From Chloroflexota bacterium (lineage in GTDB: Bacteria > Chloroflexota > Dehalococcoidia > DSTF01 > JACRBR01): 62,807 nucleotides of DNA. Numbering within the stretch: the first letter of the stretch is position 1; each line of letters starts with the position of its first letter. The DNA is taken from assembly GCA_037444005.1 (NCBI GenBank), contig JBBING010000006.1, forward strand, positions 1-62,807, in the 5' to 3' direction. The notes beneath the pieces were generated by a model. That model worked only from the letters and a program-made list of their open reading frames with translations, was not told where the DNA came from and did no database searches. The translations under genes were made by a program, and so were the position numbers. Below are positions 28,524 to 38,455 of this stretch, one piece after another.

Positions 28524-29324
28524 TCAGAAGCGGTTCAGCGGCCGGCCCGCGGCCAGATATTCGCGCATCAGCCGCGCAGCGTCCTCCGAACGCATCGTCC
28601 GCCAGAACGCGTCCTGTTCCAGCCGCAACGCCTCCTCCAGCGGAAGTTCGGTCCCCTCCCACACGCAACGTTTGATGAGAGCGACGCTGAGCGCGGGCCG
28701 CTTGGCGAGCTCGGCCGCGAGCGCGAGCGCTTCCTCGAGCAGTCGCGAGGGCTCCACCGCTCGGTGGACGAGACCCAGGCGCTCGGCCGTCTCGGCGTCG
28801 ACGACGTTCCCGAGCAGCATCAGCTCGAGCGCCGTCGCGACGCCGATGAGGCGCGCCATCCGCTGTGTGCCGCCCGCGCCCGGAAGAATCCCCACACGGA
28901 CCTCCGGCAGGCCGATGACGCCGCCCTTCGCCATGAGGCGGAAGTCACACGCCAGGGCCAGCTCGCACCCGCCACCCATGGCGACCCCGTTGATGGCCGC
29001 GATCACCGGCTTCGACAGCCGCTGCAGCTTCAGGAGCATCCGGTGCATGGGATGCAGCTCTGGGTCCGACCCCACGGACGCGCGCTCCCTGGCGGCGTCC
29101 CCCACGCGGACGAGCTCGCCCACGTCGTAGTGCATGATGAACACGCCATCCACGCCTCCCGTCAGCACCAGCGACCGTACGCCGGCGTCGGCGTCGACCG
29201 CGTCCGCCAGGGCGTCCAGTTCGGCGACCATCGCGCCGTTCAGAAGATTCGCGGGTGGATTCGTCAGCGTCGCGATCGCGGTGGGCCCTTCGCGCTTGAC
29301 CTCGATGAATCTGTACTCGCTCAC
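28524..29324 (-). CDS. enoyl-CoA hydratase/isomerase family protein
   Basis: GTG 29324 within ORF 28524..29408. 'ATLTNPPANLL', 'PVIAAINGVAMGGGCELALACDFR' and 'LPEVRVGILPGAGGTQR'. Confidence 0.9.
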   Translation of the reverse strand: MSEYRFIEVKREGPTAIATLTNPPANLLNGAMVAELDALADAVDADAGVRSLVLTGGVDGVFIMHYDVGELVRVGDAARERASVGSDPELHPMHRMLLKLQRLSKPVIAAINGVAMGGGCELALACDFRLMAKGGVIGLPEVRVGILPGAGGTQRMARLIGVATALELMLLGNVVDAETAERLGLVHRAVEPSRLLEEALALAAELAKRPALSVALIKRCVWEGTELPLEEALRLEQDAFWRTMRSEDAARLMREYLAAGRPLNRF

Positions 29325-29431
29325 GATTGGCGCTCCTCTCCGTCCCAGACAGCAGGTGAACTCAACGACGCCCGGCGGTATGCTCCGACCCGGACGGCCC
29401 ATTGTCAACGCGACGTCTGGAAGGAGCCTGC

Positions 29432-30220
29432 ATGGGGACGCCGAAGGTCCTGGTCGAACGGCGCGGTCGCACGCTGCTCGTGACCATCAATCGCCCCGAG
29501 GTCCGCAACTGCGTGGACGGCGAGACGGCGCAGGGTCTGTTCGACGCCGTCGAGCTGTTCCGGCGGGACGACGCCCTCGACACGCTGGTGCTGACCGGCG
29601 CAAGCGACGTCGCGTTCTGTGCGGGCGCCGACCTCAAGAACCTGGGCAGCCTCAACGCCAGGCCGGGCGCGGCCGCGTCGGGGCCGATGGGGATTTCGCG
29701 CATCACGGACGTGCGGAAGCCCACCATCGCCGCCGTCAACGGCTACTGCGTGGCGGGCGGGCTCGAGCTCGCCCTCTGGTGCGACTTCCGCATCGCAGCC
29801 CGCAACGCGCGCTTCGGCGTGCTGAACCGCCGCTGGGGCGTGCCCCTGGTCGACGGCGGCACGCAGCGCCTTCCGCGGGTCGTCGGTATGGGCAACGCCC
29901 TCTATCTCATCGAGACGGGGGCGCTCATCGACGCCGCGCACGCGTGGCGCATCGGGCTCGTGCAGGAGGTGGTTCCAGAAGGTGAGGCCGTCGACCGCGC
30001 GCTGGCGATCGCCGCGACGATGTCGACCTACCCTCAGCGGGCTATCCGCAACGACCGGAGAGCTGCGCTCGAAGGCGTGGCGCTGCCGCTTCCCGATGGC
30101 CTTCGGCTGGAGGTGGAGGTCCACCGCGACACGATGGCGGACCCGGCCGTCGGCGAACGGCTGCGACGATTCGCGGCCGGAGAACGGCCCCAGCCCATCG
30201 AACCGCCGCCGGCGCCGTAG
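29432..30220 (+). CDS. enoyl-CoA hydratase/isomerase family protein
   Basis: ATG 29432 (GGAAGGAG upstream) within ORF 29402..30220. 'LLVTINRPEVRN' and 'PTIAAVNGYCVAGGLELALWCDFR'. Confidence 0.85.
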   Translation: MGTPKVLVERRGRTLLVTINRPEVRNCVDGETAQGLFDAVELFRRDDALDTLVLTGASDVAFCAGADLKNLGSLNARPGAAASGPMGISRITDVRKPTIAAVNGYCVAGGLELALWCDFRIAARNARFGVLNRRWGVPLVDGGTQRLPRVVGMGNALYLIETGALIDAAHAWRIGLVQEVVPEGEAVDRALAIAATMSTYPQRAIRNDRRAALEGVALPLPDGLRLEVEVHRDTMADPAVGERLRRFAAGERPQPIEPPPAP

Positions 30221-30250
30221 TACAATGCCGCCGCCATTGGAGACGATCTC

Positions 30251-31252
30251 GTGACCGCTCGCGCGTCCGTCCGATCCCCGAAGCCCGCGCTGACCCGCAG
30301 CGATTTGCTCCGCCTGTACGAGACGATGGTCCTGATTCGGGCGTTCGATCAGCGGTTCGCGACCCTGGTCGCTCAGGGGAAGTTCAGCGGCGTCGGGCAT
30401 CTGTACGTCGGACAGGAGGCGGTCGCCGCCGGCGTCTGCGCCGCTCTCCAGCCCGACGACTACGTGACCTCGACGCACCGTGGTCACGGGCACTGTCTGG
30501 CGAAGGGCGTCGACCCGAACGAGATGATGGCGGAGCTCTTCGGCCGGGCCACGGGCACATGCAAGGGAAAAGGCGGCTCGATGCACATCGCCGACTTCCG
30601 GAAGGGGATGCTGGGCGCGAACGGCATCGTCGGCGCAGGCCTGCCCATCGCCTGCGGCGCGGCCCTCACCGCCAAGCTCACCGGTTCGGGCAGAATCGCG
30701 GTCACCTTTTTCGGCGACGGCGCCGCCAACATTGGCGCCTTCCACGAGGCCCTGAACCTCGCGTCCATCTGGAAGCTTCCCGTGGTCTTCGTCTGCGAGA
30801 ACAATCGCTACGGCGAAGCGACGCCCGTCGAGTACGCCCTCGCCGCCGACCACGTGGCCGACCGCGCCGCCGCTTACCGCATGCCCGGACTCATCGCAGA
30901 CGGACAGGACGTGCTCGACGTCTACGAGAAGGCGCGCGAGGCCGTGGCGCACGCTCGCTCAGGAGCCGGCTCGGTCCTCCTCGAGTGCGAGACCTATCGA
31001 TACTTCGGGCACTTCGTGGGCGACCCCGCCCGGTATCGCTCGGCCGAAGAACTCGAGTGGTTCCGGTCGCGCGACTGCATCGCCCGTTTTCGCGAGCGTC
31101 TGACGCGGGACCACCGCATCCCGAAGGAGCGCCTGGACGAGATCGACGCGGCCGTCGAGCGGCGCATCGACGACGCCGTCGCCTTCGCCGAAGCCAGCCC
31201 GCTTCCCGACGTCGCCGACATCACGACCGACGTCTACGGGCGGTATCCCTGA
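30251..31252 (+). CDS. thiamine-diphosphate-dependent 2-oxoacid (pyruvate/acetoin) dehydrogenase E1 alpha subunit
   Basis: 333 aa. 'YVTSTHRGHGHCLAKG' and the 'FFGDGAANIGAFHEALNLASIWKLPVVFVCENNRY' TPP motif. Confidence 0.9.
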   Translation: MTARASVRSPKPALTRSDLLRLYETMVLIRAFDQRFATLVAQGKFSGVGHLYVGQEAVAAGVCAALQPDDYVTSTHRGHGHCLAKGVDPNEMMAELFGRATGTCKGKGGSMHIADFRKGMLGANGIVGAGLPIACGAALTAKLTGSGRIAVTFFGDGAANIGAFHEALNLASIWKLPVVFVCENNRYGEATPVEYALAADHVADRAAAYRMPGLIADGQDVLDVYEKAREAVAHARSGAGSVLLECETYRYFGHFVGDPARYRSAEELEWFRSRDCIARFRERLTRDHRIPKERLDEIDAAVERRIDDAVAFAEASPLPDVADITTDVYGRYP

Positions 31253-32268
31253 TGGCCACGGACCGTACGCTCAGCTTCCGTGAAGCGATGACGGAGGCGC
31301 TGCGTCTGGAGATGCGGCGCGATTCCACCGTGATCCTCATGGGTGAGGACGTCGCGGGTGGCGCCGGCCGCGACGCGGAGGGCCTCTCGGAGGCCTGGGG
31401 CGGCGCCTTTGCGGAGTACAAGGGCCTCTACCGCGAGTTCGGCCCAAACCGCGTGCTGGACACCCCGATCTCGGAGATGGGGTATCTGGGCGCGGCGGTC
31501 GGAGCGGCCGCGACGGGCCTCCGTCCCGTCGTCGAGCTCATGTTCGTCGACTTCATCGGGGTGTGCCTCGACCAGCTCATGAACCAGGCGGCGTTCCTGA
31601 GGTACATGTCGGGCGGGCGCGCGTCCGCGCCGCTCACCCTCATCACCCACATCGGGGCTGGCGTGGGCATGGCGGCTCAGCACTCGAAGGTGCTGTACTC
31701 GTTCTTCGCTCACATCCCCGGGCTGAAGGTCGTGGCGCCTTCTTCCGCCCGCCAGGCGAAGGGACTGCTCACCGCCGCCATCCGGGACGACGACCCCGTC
31801 GTCTTCTGCGTGCACAAGCTCCTGCTCGGACAGTCCGAACCCGTGCCCGAGGACGCCTTCGAGGAGCCCATCGGCCGGGCGCGTGTGTTGCGAGAGGGGC
31901 GCGACGTGACCCTCGTGGGCGTGGCGCTGACCGCCCGCACGTGCCTCGACGCCGCGGCTGCGCTGGAGGCGGACGGCGTGGACGCGGAGGTCATCGACCT
32001 CCAGAGCCTGTCGCCCCTCGACGAGCGCACGATCCTGGAGTCCGTGGCGAAGACGGGCCGCGCCGTGATCGTGGACGAGGACTTCCCCCGGTGCGGCGTC
32101 GCGGCCGATGTGGCCGCCCTGATCGCCGAGAAGGCGTTCGACCACCTCGACGCCCCCGTCCGCACGGTGACAGCGCCCCATGCGCCTGTCCCCTTCAGCC
32201 GGCCCCTCGAGATGGCGTTCATCCCGTCCGCCGCCAAGGTTCGCGAGACGGCGCTCTCACTGCTGTAG
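31252..32268 (+). CDS. 2-oxoacid dehydrogenase E1 beta subunit
   Basis: ATG 31252 (ATGA-type overlap with the alpha stop) within ORF 30559..32268. 'REAMTEALRLEMRRDSTVILMGEDV', 'RVLDTPISE' and 'GLKVVAPSSARQAKGLL'. Confidence 0.9.
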   Translation: MATDRTLSFREAMTEALRLEMRRDSTVILMGEDVAGGAGRDAEGLSEAWGGAFAEYKGLYREFGPNRVLDTPISEMGYLGAAVGAAATGLRPVVELMFVDFIGVCLDQLMNQAAFLRYMSGGRASAPLTLITHIGAGVGMAAQHSKVLYSFFAHIPGLKVVAPSSARQAKGLLTAAIRDDDPVVFCVHKLLLGQSEPVPEDAFEEPIGRARVLREGRDVTLVGVALTARTCLDAAAALEADGVDAEVIDLQSLSPLDERTILESVAKTGRAVIVDEDFPRCGVAADVAALIAEKAFDHLDAPVRTVTAPHAPVPFSRPLEMAFIPSAAKVRETALSLL

Positions 32269-32335
32269 CATTCGGAGCGAGGGGGAGCCGCTCGAGAACG
32301 CGCGCGGACGTTTCGCCGGCAGCGATCCAGGGCGG

Positions 32336-32362
32336 TAGACAGGTTGTCGGACCTCGTATAAT
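32336..32362 (+). promoter_or_regulatory. sigma70-like promoter TAGACA-15 nt-TATAAT directly upstream of the K+ channel ATG
   Basis: Read directly. A consensus -10 ends 10 nt before ATG 32373 and there is no SD, which implies a (near-)leaderless mRNA. Confidence 0.4.
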
Positions 32363-32372
32363 CGCCGGTGCC

Positions 32373-33215
32373 ATGCGTAAGGTGATGAATTCGAAGCTGA
32401 TACGCCCCAGCGAGAGTGGCCGCGCCCTGGAGACCTACGAAAGGTACACCGAACCGCTACTGCTGCTCCTCGCGTTGGCGATGGTCCCTCTTACAATTCT
32501 CCCGCTCACCGTCAGCCTAGATCCCCCGACTGATAGCGCGTTTCTCGCAGCCGACTGGGCGATATGGGCGGCCTTCGCCGCCGATTTGAGCATCAGGACG
32601 TACCTGGCACCTCGCCGAGCGCACTACCTCGTGACGCATTGGTATGACGTCTTGATTGTGGCAGTCCCGTTTCTGCGTCCCTTGCGAATCCTCCGGTCGG
32701 CTCGAACTCTGAGACTGCTCCGTCTTTCCCGCATGGGGGCGTTCGCTGTGAGGGCCACGGCGATAGCCCGCGACCTCGGCCAACGGCACGGCCTCGCCTA
32801 CGTCCTCGCCGTAGCCATCATTGTTCTCGTGGCGTCGACCTTTTTGGTACTAGCGTTCGAGCGGAACGCTGGGGGGCCCATCGACGACTTCCCGACAGCG
32901 CTCTGGTGGACTCTGGCAACAGTAACGACCGTCGGTTATGGCGATACATTCCCCGTCACAGCCGAAGGACGAGGCATCGCCGCATTTGTCATGATTCTCG
33001 GCATCAGTCTGTTCGGTTTTCTCACGGCGAACATCTCGGCCTTCCTCGTTTCTCGCGATGCGTCACACTCAGACGCCACGCTGGAGAACATCGCCGCCAA
33101 GGTTGAGGCCCTAGAGCGTTCCATCGAATCGTTGAGGCATGAGCTCGCCCGTGAAAGGGGGCGAGCTCAGACGGCCGGTGAGGGCGACGGCACCGCGTCG
33201 CGAGGCGACCGCTAG
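32373..33215 (+). CDS. voltage-gated (Kv/KvAP-like) 6-TM potassium channel
   Basis: ATG 32373 within ORF 31563..33215. S4 'LRPLRILRSARTLRLLRLSR' has Arg at every third position (7 in total). Selectivity filter 'TTVGYGD'. C-terminal coiled coil 'LENIAAKVEALERSIESLRHEL'. Confidence 0.85.
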   Translation: MRKVMNSKLIRPSESGRALETYERYTEPLLLLLALAMVPLTILPLTVSLDPPTDSAFLAADWAIWAAFAADLSIRTYLAPRRAHYLVTHWYDVLIVAVPFLRPLRILRSARTLRLLRLSRMGAFAVRATAIARDLGQRHGLAYVLAVAIIVLVASTFLVLAFERNAGGPIDDFPTALWWTLATVTTVGYGDTFPVTAEGRGIAAFVMILGISLFGFLTANISAFLVSRDASHSDATLENIAAKVEALERSIESLRHELARERGRAQTAGEGDGTASRGDR

Positions 33216-34507
33216 CCCAGCCCCAGGCGCGCGAAGGCGTCGTCCACGTAGCGGACGAAGTAGCCGTAGTCGAACAGCTCGTCGAGATCGCGCGCGGTCA
33301 GACGCGAAGCGACCTCGGGGTCGCGCTCGAGCAGGCCGCGGAACGGCGTCCGCTCCTTCCAGGCGCGCATGGCGTTGCGCTGCACCACAGCGTAGGCGTC
33401 AGTGCGCGACATCCCCTTCTCGACCAGCGCGAGGAGCACTCGCTGCGAGAACACCAGGCCCTGCGTCAGCTCGAGGTTCTCCCGCATCCGCTCGGGATAC
33501 ACCAGCAGGCCGGCCACCACCTCCGTGAACAGCGCGAGCATATAGTCCAGCGCGAGACAGGCGTCCGGCAGCACGATGCGCTCCGTCGACGAGTGCGAGA
33601 TGTCGCGCTCGTGCCAGAGGGCGACGTTCTCGTACGCTGTGAGGGCGTACCCGCGGAGCACGCGCGCCAGTCCGCAGATGCGCTCGCACTTCTCCGGGTT
33701 GCGTTTGTGGGGCATCGCGCTCGACCCGGTCTGTCCCTCGCCGAACGGTTCCTCCGCTTCGAGCACCTCCGTGCGCTGCAGGTGGCGGATCTCCGTCGCG
33801 AAGCGCTCCAGCGACGCGCCGATGAGCGCGAGCGTGGCCACGAAGGCGGCGTGGCGGTCCCGTGGCACCACCTGTGTGCTGATGGGTTCCACCGCGAGCC
33901 CGAGGCTTCGCAGCGCGGTCTCCTCCACGTCGGGCGGCATCGTGGCGTGGGTGCCCACGGCGCCGCTCAGCTTGCCGACGGCGACGTCGGCCTTGGCGTC
34001 CGCGAGCCGCCGCTGCTGCCGGCGCACCTCGCTCACCCAGCCCGCCAGCTTCAGGCCGAAGGTGGTGGGCTCCGCATGCACGCCGTGCGTCCGCCCGATG
34101 CACAGGGTGTCCTTGAACTCCATCGCGCGGCGTTCCAGCGTCCCCCGCAGGGCCGCAAGGTCGCGCTCCAGCAGCTCCGCCGCTTCCCGCAGTTGCAGCG
34201 CTGTCGCCGTGTCCCACACATCCGACGACGTGGCCCCCAGATGGACCCAGCGCCCCTCTGGGCCCAGACTATCGGCCACCGACCGCAGGAACGCGGTCAC
34301 GTCGTGCTGGGTCGTCTTCCAGTAGCGCCAGATGGCGTCGATGTCGAAGCGAGCCTTGCGGCGGATGGCCTCGGCGTCTTCGCGCGGGACGACGCCTTTC
34401 TCGGCCCACGCATCGACGATGGCGAGCTCGACGTCCAGCCACTTCTGGAACTTCGTCTCCTCCGACCAGATGCGGGCCATCTCCGGCCGGCTGTACCGCT
34501 CGATCAC
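33212..34507 (-). CDS. purB: adenylosuccinate lyase
   Basis: 431 aa. 'MIERYSRPEM..IWSEE.KFQ.WLDVE' and 'GSSAMPHKRNP' signature. Confidence 0.95.
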   Translation of the reverse strand: MIERYSRPEMARIWSEETKFQKWLDVELAIVDAWAEKGVVPREDAEAIRRKARFDIDAIWRYWKTTQHDVTAFLRSVADSLGPEGRWVHLGATSSDVWDTATALQLREAAELLERDLAALRGTLERRAMEFKDTLCIGRTHGVHAEPTTFGLKLAGWVSEVRRQQRRLADAKADVAVGKLSGAVGTHATMPPDVEETALRSLGLAVEPISTQVVPRDRHAAFVATLALIGASLERFATEIRHLQRTEVLEAEEPFGEGQTGSSAMPHKRNPEKCERICGLARVLRGYALTAYENVALWHERDISHSSTERIVLPDACLALDYMLALFTEVVAGLLVYPERMRENLELTQGLVFSQRVLLALVEKGMSRTDAYAVVQRNAMRAWKERTPFRGLLERDPEVASRLTARDLDELFDYGYFVRYVDDAFARLGLG

Positions 34508-34845
34508 AGGAACTCCTCCCGCACGGGCGAGAAGATGTCGACGCAGACGGCGTCCTCGAGCGCCTCGACGACGTGAGGGACGCCGCCCGGCGCCAGGTAC
34601 GAGTCGCCTGCCAGGAGCTCGCGGGTTTCGTCGCCGATGCGGCAGCGGATGCGGCCGCTGACCACGTAGCCGACCTGCTCGTGAGGGTGCGTGTGCTCGG
34701 GAACGACCGCGCCTCTGGACAGCGTGACCTCGACGAGCGTGGTGCGCTCGCCGCTGCTGAGCGTGCGTCGTGTCACGCCCGGGAACATGGCGACCGCTCG
34801 GGCGTCGTCACGCGCGGTGAACATGGCTTCGCTCTCCGCCGCCAC
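34504..34845 (-). CDS. cupin domain-containing protein
   Basis: 113 aa. 'VPEHTHPHEQVGYVVSGR' and 'PGGVPHVVEAL' two-motif cupin signature. 4-nt overlap with the purB start. Confidence 0.8.
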   Translation of the reverse strand: MAAESEAMFTARDDARAVAMFPGVTRRTLSSGERTTLVEVTLSRGAVVPEHTHPHEQVGYVVSGRIRCRIGDETRELLAGDSYLAPGGVPHVVEALEDAVCVDIFSPVREEFL

Positions 34846-34878
34846 TGTACTTTACCGCCGGGCTGCGAAACAGCGTCC

Positions 34879-35340
34879 TTATGCCGACGCGAGCTCCTCT
34901 CGATACGCCTGGTAGCGCCGGCGGATGTCCTCGTGCTTGAGCGACAGGATGGACGCGGCGAGCACGGCGGCGTTCCGCGCGCCCCAGGCGCCCACCGCCA
35001 CCGTGGCCACCGGCACGCCCGGCGGCATCTGAGCGATCGAGTACAGCGCGTCCACGCCCTTCAGGTCCGACGACGCCAGGGGGACGCCGATGACGGGAAG
35101 CCAGGTGTAGGCCTTGACCACGCCAGGCAGCGCAGCCGCGCCGCCGGCCGCCGCGATGATCACCTCGACGCCAGCGTCGGCGGCTCCTCGGGCGAACGCC
35201 GCCACCTTGTCGGGCGTGCGGTGCGCCGACATCACGTGCACTTCGTGAGGAATCTCGAGCTTCGAGAGCAGGTCGACGCACCCCTGCATGACCTCCATGT
35301 CGGAACGGGAGCCCGTCACGATGGCCACCAGTGCGCTCAC
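34879..35340 (-). CDS. purE: 5-(carboxyamino)imidazole ribonucleotide mutase
   Basis: GTG 35340 (GTGA overlap with the purD stop) within ORF 34879..35625. '[14 protein letters not shown]', 'VMSAHRTPD' and '[15 protein letters not shown]'. Confidence 0.95.
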   Translation of the reverse strand: MSALVAIVTGSRSDMEVMQGCVDLLSKLEIPHEVHVMSAHRTPDKVAAFARGAADAGVEVIIAAAGGAAALPGVVKAYTWLPVIGVPLASSDLKGVDALYSIAQMPPGVPVATVAVGAWGARNAAVLAASILSLKHEDIRRRYQAYREELASA

Positions 35341-36647
35341 GCTCGCGCTCCTTCCGGAATCACACCGATGTCTCTCCGATAGTGCATCCCCTGGAAGCGG
35401 ATGCGCTCGATATTGCGGTACACCTTCTCCCGGGCCTCCGCGATGGTCGCGCCCGTCGCCGTCACGGCGAGCACGCGCCCGCCGCCGGTGACGAGCGCGC
35501 CGTCGTCGCGGCGCCGCGTCCCGGCGTGGAAGACCAGCACGTCGGAGTCGACGTCGTCCAGTCCCTCGATGGGGAATCCCGTCTCGTACGGCCCGGGATA
35601 GCCGCCCGAGGCGAGCATGACGCACACAGAGGCGCCGTCATCCCAGTCCACGGGCGTTTCGGCGAGCCGGTTCTCCACGACGGCAAGGCACACCTCGAGG
35701 AGATCGGACCTGAGACGGGGCAGCAGCGCCTCCGCCTCGGGGTCGCCGAACCGGCAGTTGAATTCGAGCGTGCGAGGCCCGTCTGCCGTGACCATGAGGC
35801 CGGGGTACAGCACGCCGCGGAACGGGCGTCCTTCCGCCGCCATGGCGGCGACCGTCCGTTCGGTCACCTCGCGCCGGATACGCTCGGCGGTCGCCTCGTC
35901 GAGCCACCAGGCGGGGCTGTACACGCCCATCCCGCCGGTGTTGGGCCCGCGGTCGCCGTCGAACACCGCCTTGTGGTCGCACGAGAACGGCATGTGACGC
36001 ACCATGACGCCGTCGGTGAAAGCGTGAGCCGACGTCTCGCGGCCCGCGAGGCGCTCCTCGATCACCACGCGACGCCCGGCGTCCCCCAGCTCGCGGTCCA
36101 CCATAAGACGCCGCAGCGCCTCGATGGCTTCGTCGGCCGTCGACGTCACGATGGCGCCCTTGCCCGCCGCGAGCCCGTCCGCCTTCACGACGACCGGCCC
36201 CGGTTGCGCCCGGACGTAGTCGCACGCGGCCGCGAAGTCGTCGAAGGTGGCCGTACGATGCGAGGGGATGCCGTGACGGGCCATGAGGTTGCGTGCGAAC
36301 GCCTTCGAGCCCTCGATGGCGGCGGCCGCGCGCGACGGACCGAACGTCGGGATCCCCTCGACGGTCAGGCGGTCGACGACGCCGAAGGCGAGCGGATCCT
36401 CCGGGCCGACGATGACGAGCTCCGCGCGGACGTCCCTCGCGAGCGAGGCGACGGCGTCGAGAAACGCCTCGATGGCCTCCCGCGGGGCGTCCGGCTTGGG
36501 GATGACGAGCGGCCTCGTGTCCGCGATGGCGGCGATACCGGGGTTCCCGGGCGCCACGACGAGCTCGGTTAGACGCGGCGACTGGCGCAGCTTCCACGCG
36601 ATCGCGTGCTCCCGCGCCCCCTGCCCAATGAGAAGGACTCTCGTCAC
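35337..36647 (-). CDS. purD: phosphoribosylamine--glycine ligase
   Basis: 436 aa. '[18 protein letters not shown]', '[12 protein letters not shown]' and '[11 protein letters not shown]'. Confidence 0.95.
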   Translation of the reverse strand: MTRVLLIGQGAREHAIAWKLRQSPRLTELVVAPGNPGIAAIADTRPLVIPKPDAPREAIEAFLDAVASLARDVRAELVIVGPEDPLAFGVVDRLTVEGIPTFGPSRAAAAIEGSKAFARNLMARHGIPSHRTATFDDFAAACDYVRAQPGPVVVKADGLAAGKGAIVTSTADEAIEALRRLMVDRELGDAGRRVVIEERLAGRETSAHAFTDGVMVRHMPFSCDHKAVFDGDRGPNTGGMGVYSPAWWLDEATAERIRREVTERTVAAMAAEGRPFRGVLYPGLMVTADGPRTLEFNCRFGDPEAEALLPRLRSDLLEVCLAVVENRLAETPVDWDDGASVCVMLASGGYPGPYETGFPIEGLDDVDSDVLVFHAGTRRRDDGALVTGGGRVLAVTATGATIAEAREKVYRNIERIRFQGMHYRRDIGVIPEGARA

Positions 36648-36684
36648 GATGCCAGTTTCGCCCCCGGATTCGGGCCGATGCGCT

Positions 36685-38391
36685 TCACTCCCACTCGATG
36701 GTCCCCGGCGGCTTCGAGGTGATGTCGTACACGACCCGGTTCACGCCCGGCACTTCATTCACGATCCGGGACGAGATTCGCGCCAGGAGATCGTACGGAA
36801 GACGGGCCCAGTCCGCGGTCATGGCGTCCTGCGCCTGCACCGCCCGAATCGCCACCACGTACCCGTAGGTGCGGTAGTCGCCCTGCACGCCGACGGACTT
36901 CGTGTCGGTGAGCACAGCGAACGCCTGCCACAGGTCGTAGTAGAGCTTCGCCCGCTTGATCTCGTTCATCACGATCCAGTCGGCGGCCCGCAGGATCTCC
37001 AGCTTTTCCCGCGTGACCTCGCCCACGACACGGATGGCCAGCCCCGGGCCCGGGAAGGGCTGGCGATACACGATCTCTTCCGGGAGGCCCAGCGCCAGGC
37101 CCGCCTGGCGCACCTCGTCCTTGAACAGGTAGCGGAGCGGCTCCACCAACTGGAACGTCAGCTCCTTGGGAAGCCCGCCCACGTTGTGGTGCGTCTTGAT
37201 CTTGGCGGCGGCGCCGTTTCGCGTCGCGCTCTCGATCACGTCGGGATACGTCGTCCCCTGCGCGATGAAGTCCACCCGGCCGATCTTGTCCGCTTCCTCC
37301 TCGAATACCCGGATGAACGTCTCCCCGACGATCTTCCGCTTCTCCTCCGGGTCGGTCACGCCGGCGAGATTCGACAGGAAGCGCTCCGACGCGTCTACGG
37401 TGATCAGGTTCATCCGCATGTTGCGCCGGAAGGTGTCGATGACCCGCTCGGCCTCCTGCCGGCGGAGCAGCCCGTTGTCGACGAAGATGCAGGTGAGCTG
37501 GTCGCCCACCGCGCGATGGACCAGCGTCGCCGCCACCGCAGAGTCGACCCCGCCGGAGAGCGCGCAGATCACCCGCCCGTCGCCGACCTGCGCCCGGATC
37601 GCGTTGATGGTGTCCGCGATGAAGTTGCCCGGCGTCCAGTCGCCGCGAAGGCCGCAGATGCCCTTGAGGAAGTTGTCGATTATCTGCCTGCCCTGCGGGG
37701 TGTGCACGACCTCCGGGTGGAACTGAATCCCGACGATGCCGCGGTCGTTCGCCATCGCCGCAACCGGCGAGTTGTCCGAGTACGCGATGGACCGGAAGCC
37801 GGGCGGAAGCTCCACGATACGATCGCCGTGGCTCATCCACACCGGCATGGAGGCCGGGAGACCCTCGAACAGCGGCGACGGCGGATCGCCTTGGTGAACG
37901 ACCGCGTGGCCGTACTCCCGGCGGTCGGAGGGGGCCACGCGGCCTCCGAGCTGGTGCGCGAGGAGCTGCATCCCGTAGCAAATGCCGAGGACCGGCAATC
38001 CGCTCTCGAAGACGTAGGAAGGCGCCATCGGGGCGCCTTCCTCATAGACGCTGGCGGGCCCGCCGGACAGGATGAACGCCCGCGGACGCAAGCGCATGAC
38101 CTCGTCTTCAGGCGCGTCCCACGGGACCAGCTCGCAGTAGACGTTGCACTCGCGCACGCGCCGCGCGATGAGCATGCTGTACTGGGACCCGAAGTCCAGG
38201 ATGACCACGGTCTCGGGCTTCGTCGGAACCGCAGCGGGCTCGACGGGCGCTTCGCCCACCCGCTCGCGCGCGATCTCGAGGTAGGTCCCGACCTCGACGT
38301 CGCCCGTCGTCGGGACGCGATGCGTCTCGGCGGCGCTGACAGGAGTACCCGAACTCTCGTCCATCGTGTACTGTCTGAGAAACGTTCCCAC
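36685..38391 (-). CDS. guaA: GMP synthase (glutamine-hydrolysing)
   Basis: '[20 protein letters not shown]', 'GICYGMQLL', '[12 protein letters not shown]' and C-terminal 'KPPGTIEWE'. About 55 aa precede the conserved GATase start, so the true start (38391, 38364 or a downstream GTG) is uncertain. Confidence 0.93.
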   Translation of the reverse strand: MGTFLRQYTMDESSGTPVSAAETHRVPTTGDVEVGTYLEIARERVGEAPVEPAAVPTKPETVVILDFGSQYSMLIARRVRECNVYCELVPWDAPEDEVMRLRPRAFILSGGPASVYEEGAPMAPSYVFESGLPVLGICYGMQLLAHQLGGRVAPSDRREYGHAVVHQGDPPSPLFEGLPASMPVWMSHGDRIVELPPGFRSIAYSDNSPVAAMANDRGIVGIQFHPEVVHTPQGRQIIDNFLKGICGLRGDWTPGNFIADTINAIRAQVGDGRVICALSGGVDSAVAATLVHRAVGDQLTCIFVDNGLLRRQEAERVIDTFRRNMRMNLITVDASERFLSNLAGVTDPEEKRKIVGETFIRVFEEEADKIGRVDFIAQGTTYPDVIESATRNGAAAKIKTHHNVGGLPKELTFQLVEPLRYLFKDEVRQAGLALGLPEEIVYRQPFPGPGLAIRVVGEVTREKLEILRAADWIVMNEIKRAKLYYDLWQAFAVLTDTKSVGVQGDYRTYGYVVAIRAVQAQDAMTADWARLPYDLLARISSRIVNEVPGVNRVVYDITSKPPGTIEWE

Positions 38392-38455
38392 CAGAACGGA
38401 TAGCTCAGCCTAGCAACGGCCTCGCGCGGCCGTCAAGGCAATCGCTCGACCGAGT

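Noticed and set aside
32269-32372. A possible c-di-AMP (ydaO/kimA-type) riboswitch upstream of the K+ channel, given that cdaA is in the window.
   Set aside because: The gap is about 100 nt and a consensus -10 lies only 10 nt from the ATG, so there is essentially no leader. I could not find the conserved ydaO core motifs.
38401-38433. 'TAGCTCAGCCTAG', resembling a tRNA D-arm, followed by the hairpin ACGGCC-tcgcgc-GGCCGT in the guaA/tsaC intergenic region.
   Set aside because: There is no closing GAGC for a D-stem, no acceptor stem, no anticodon arm and no GTTCGA-type T-loop nearby. The region is only 64 nt. It is most likely promoter sequence.
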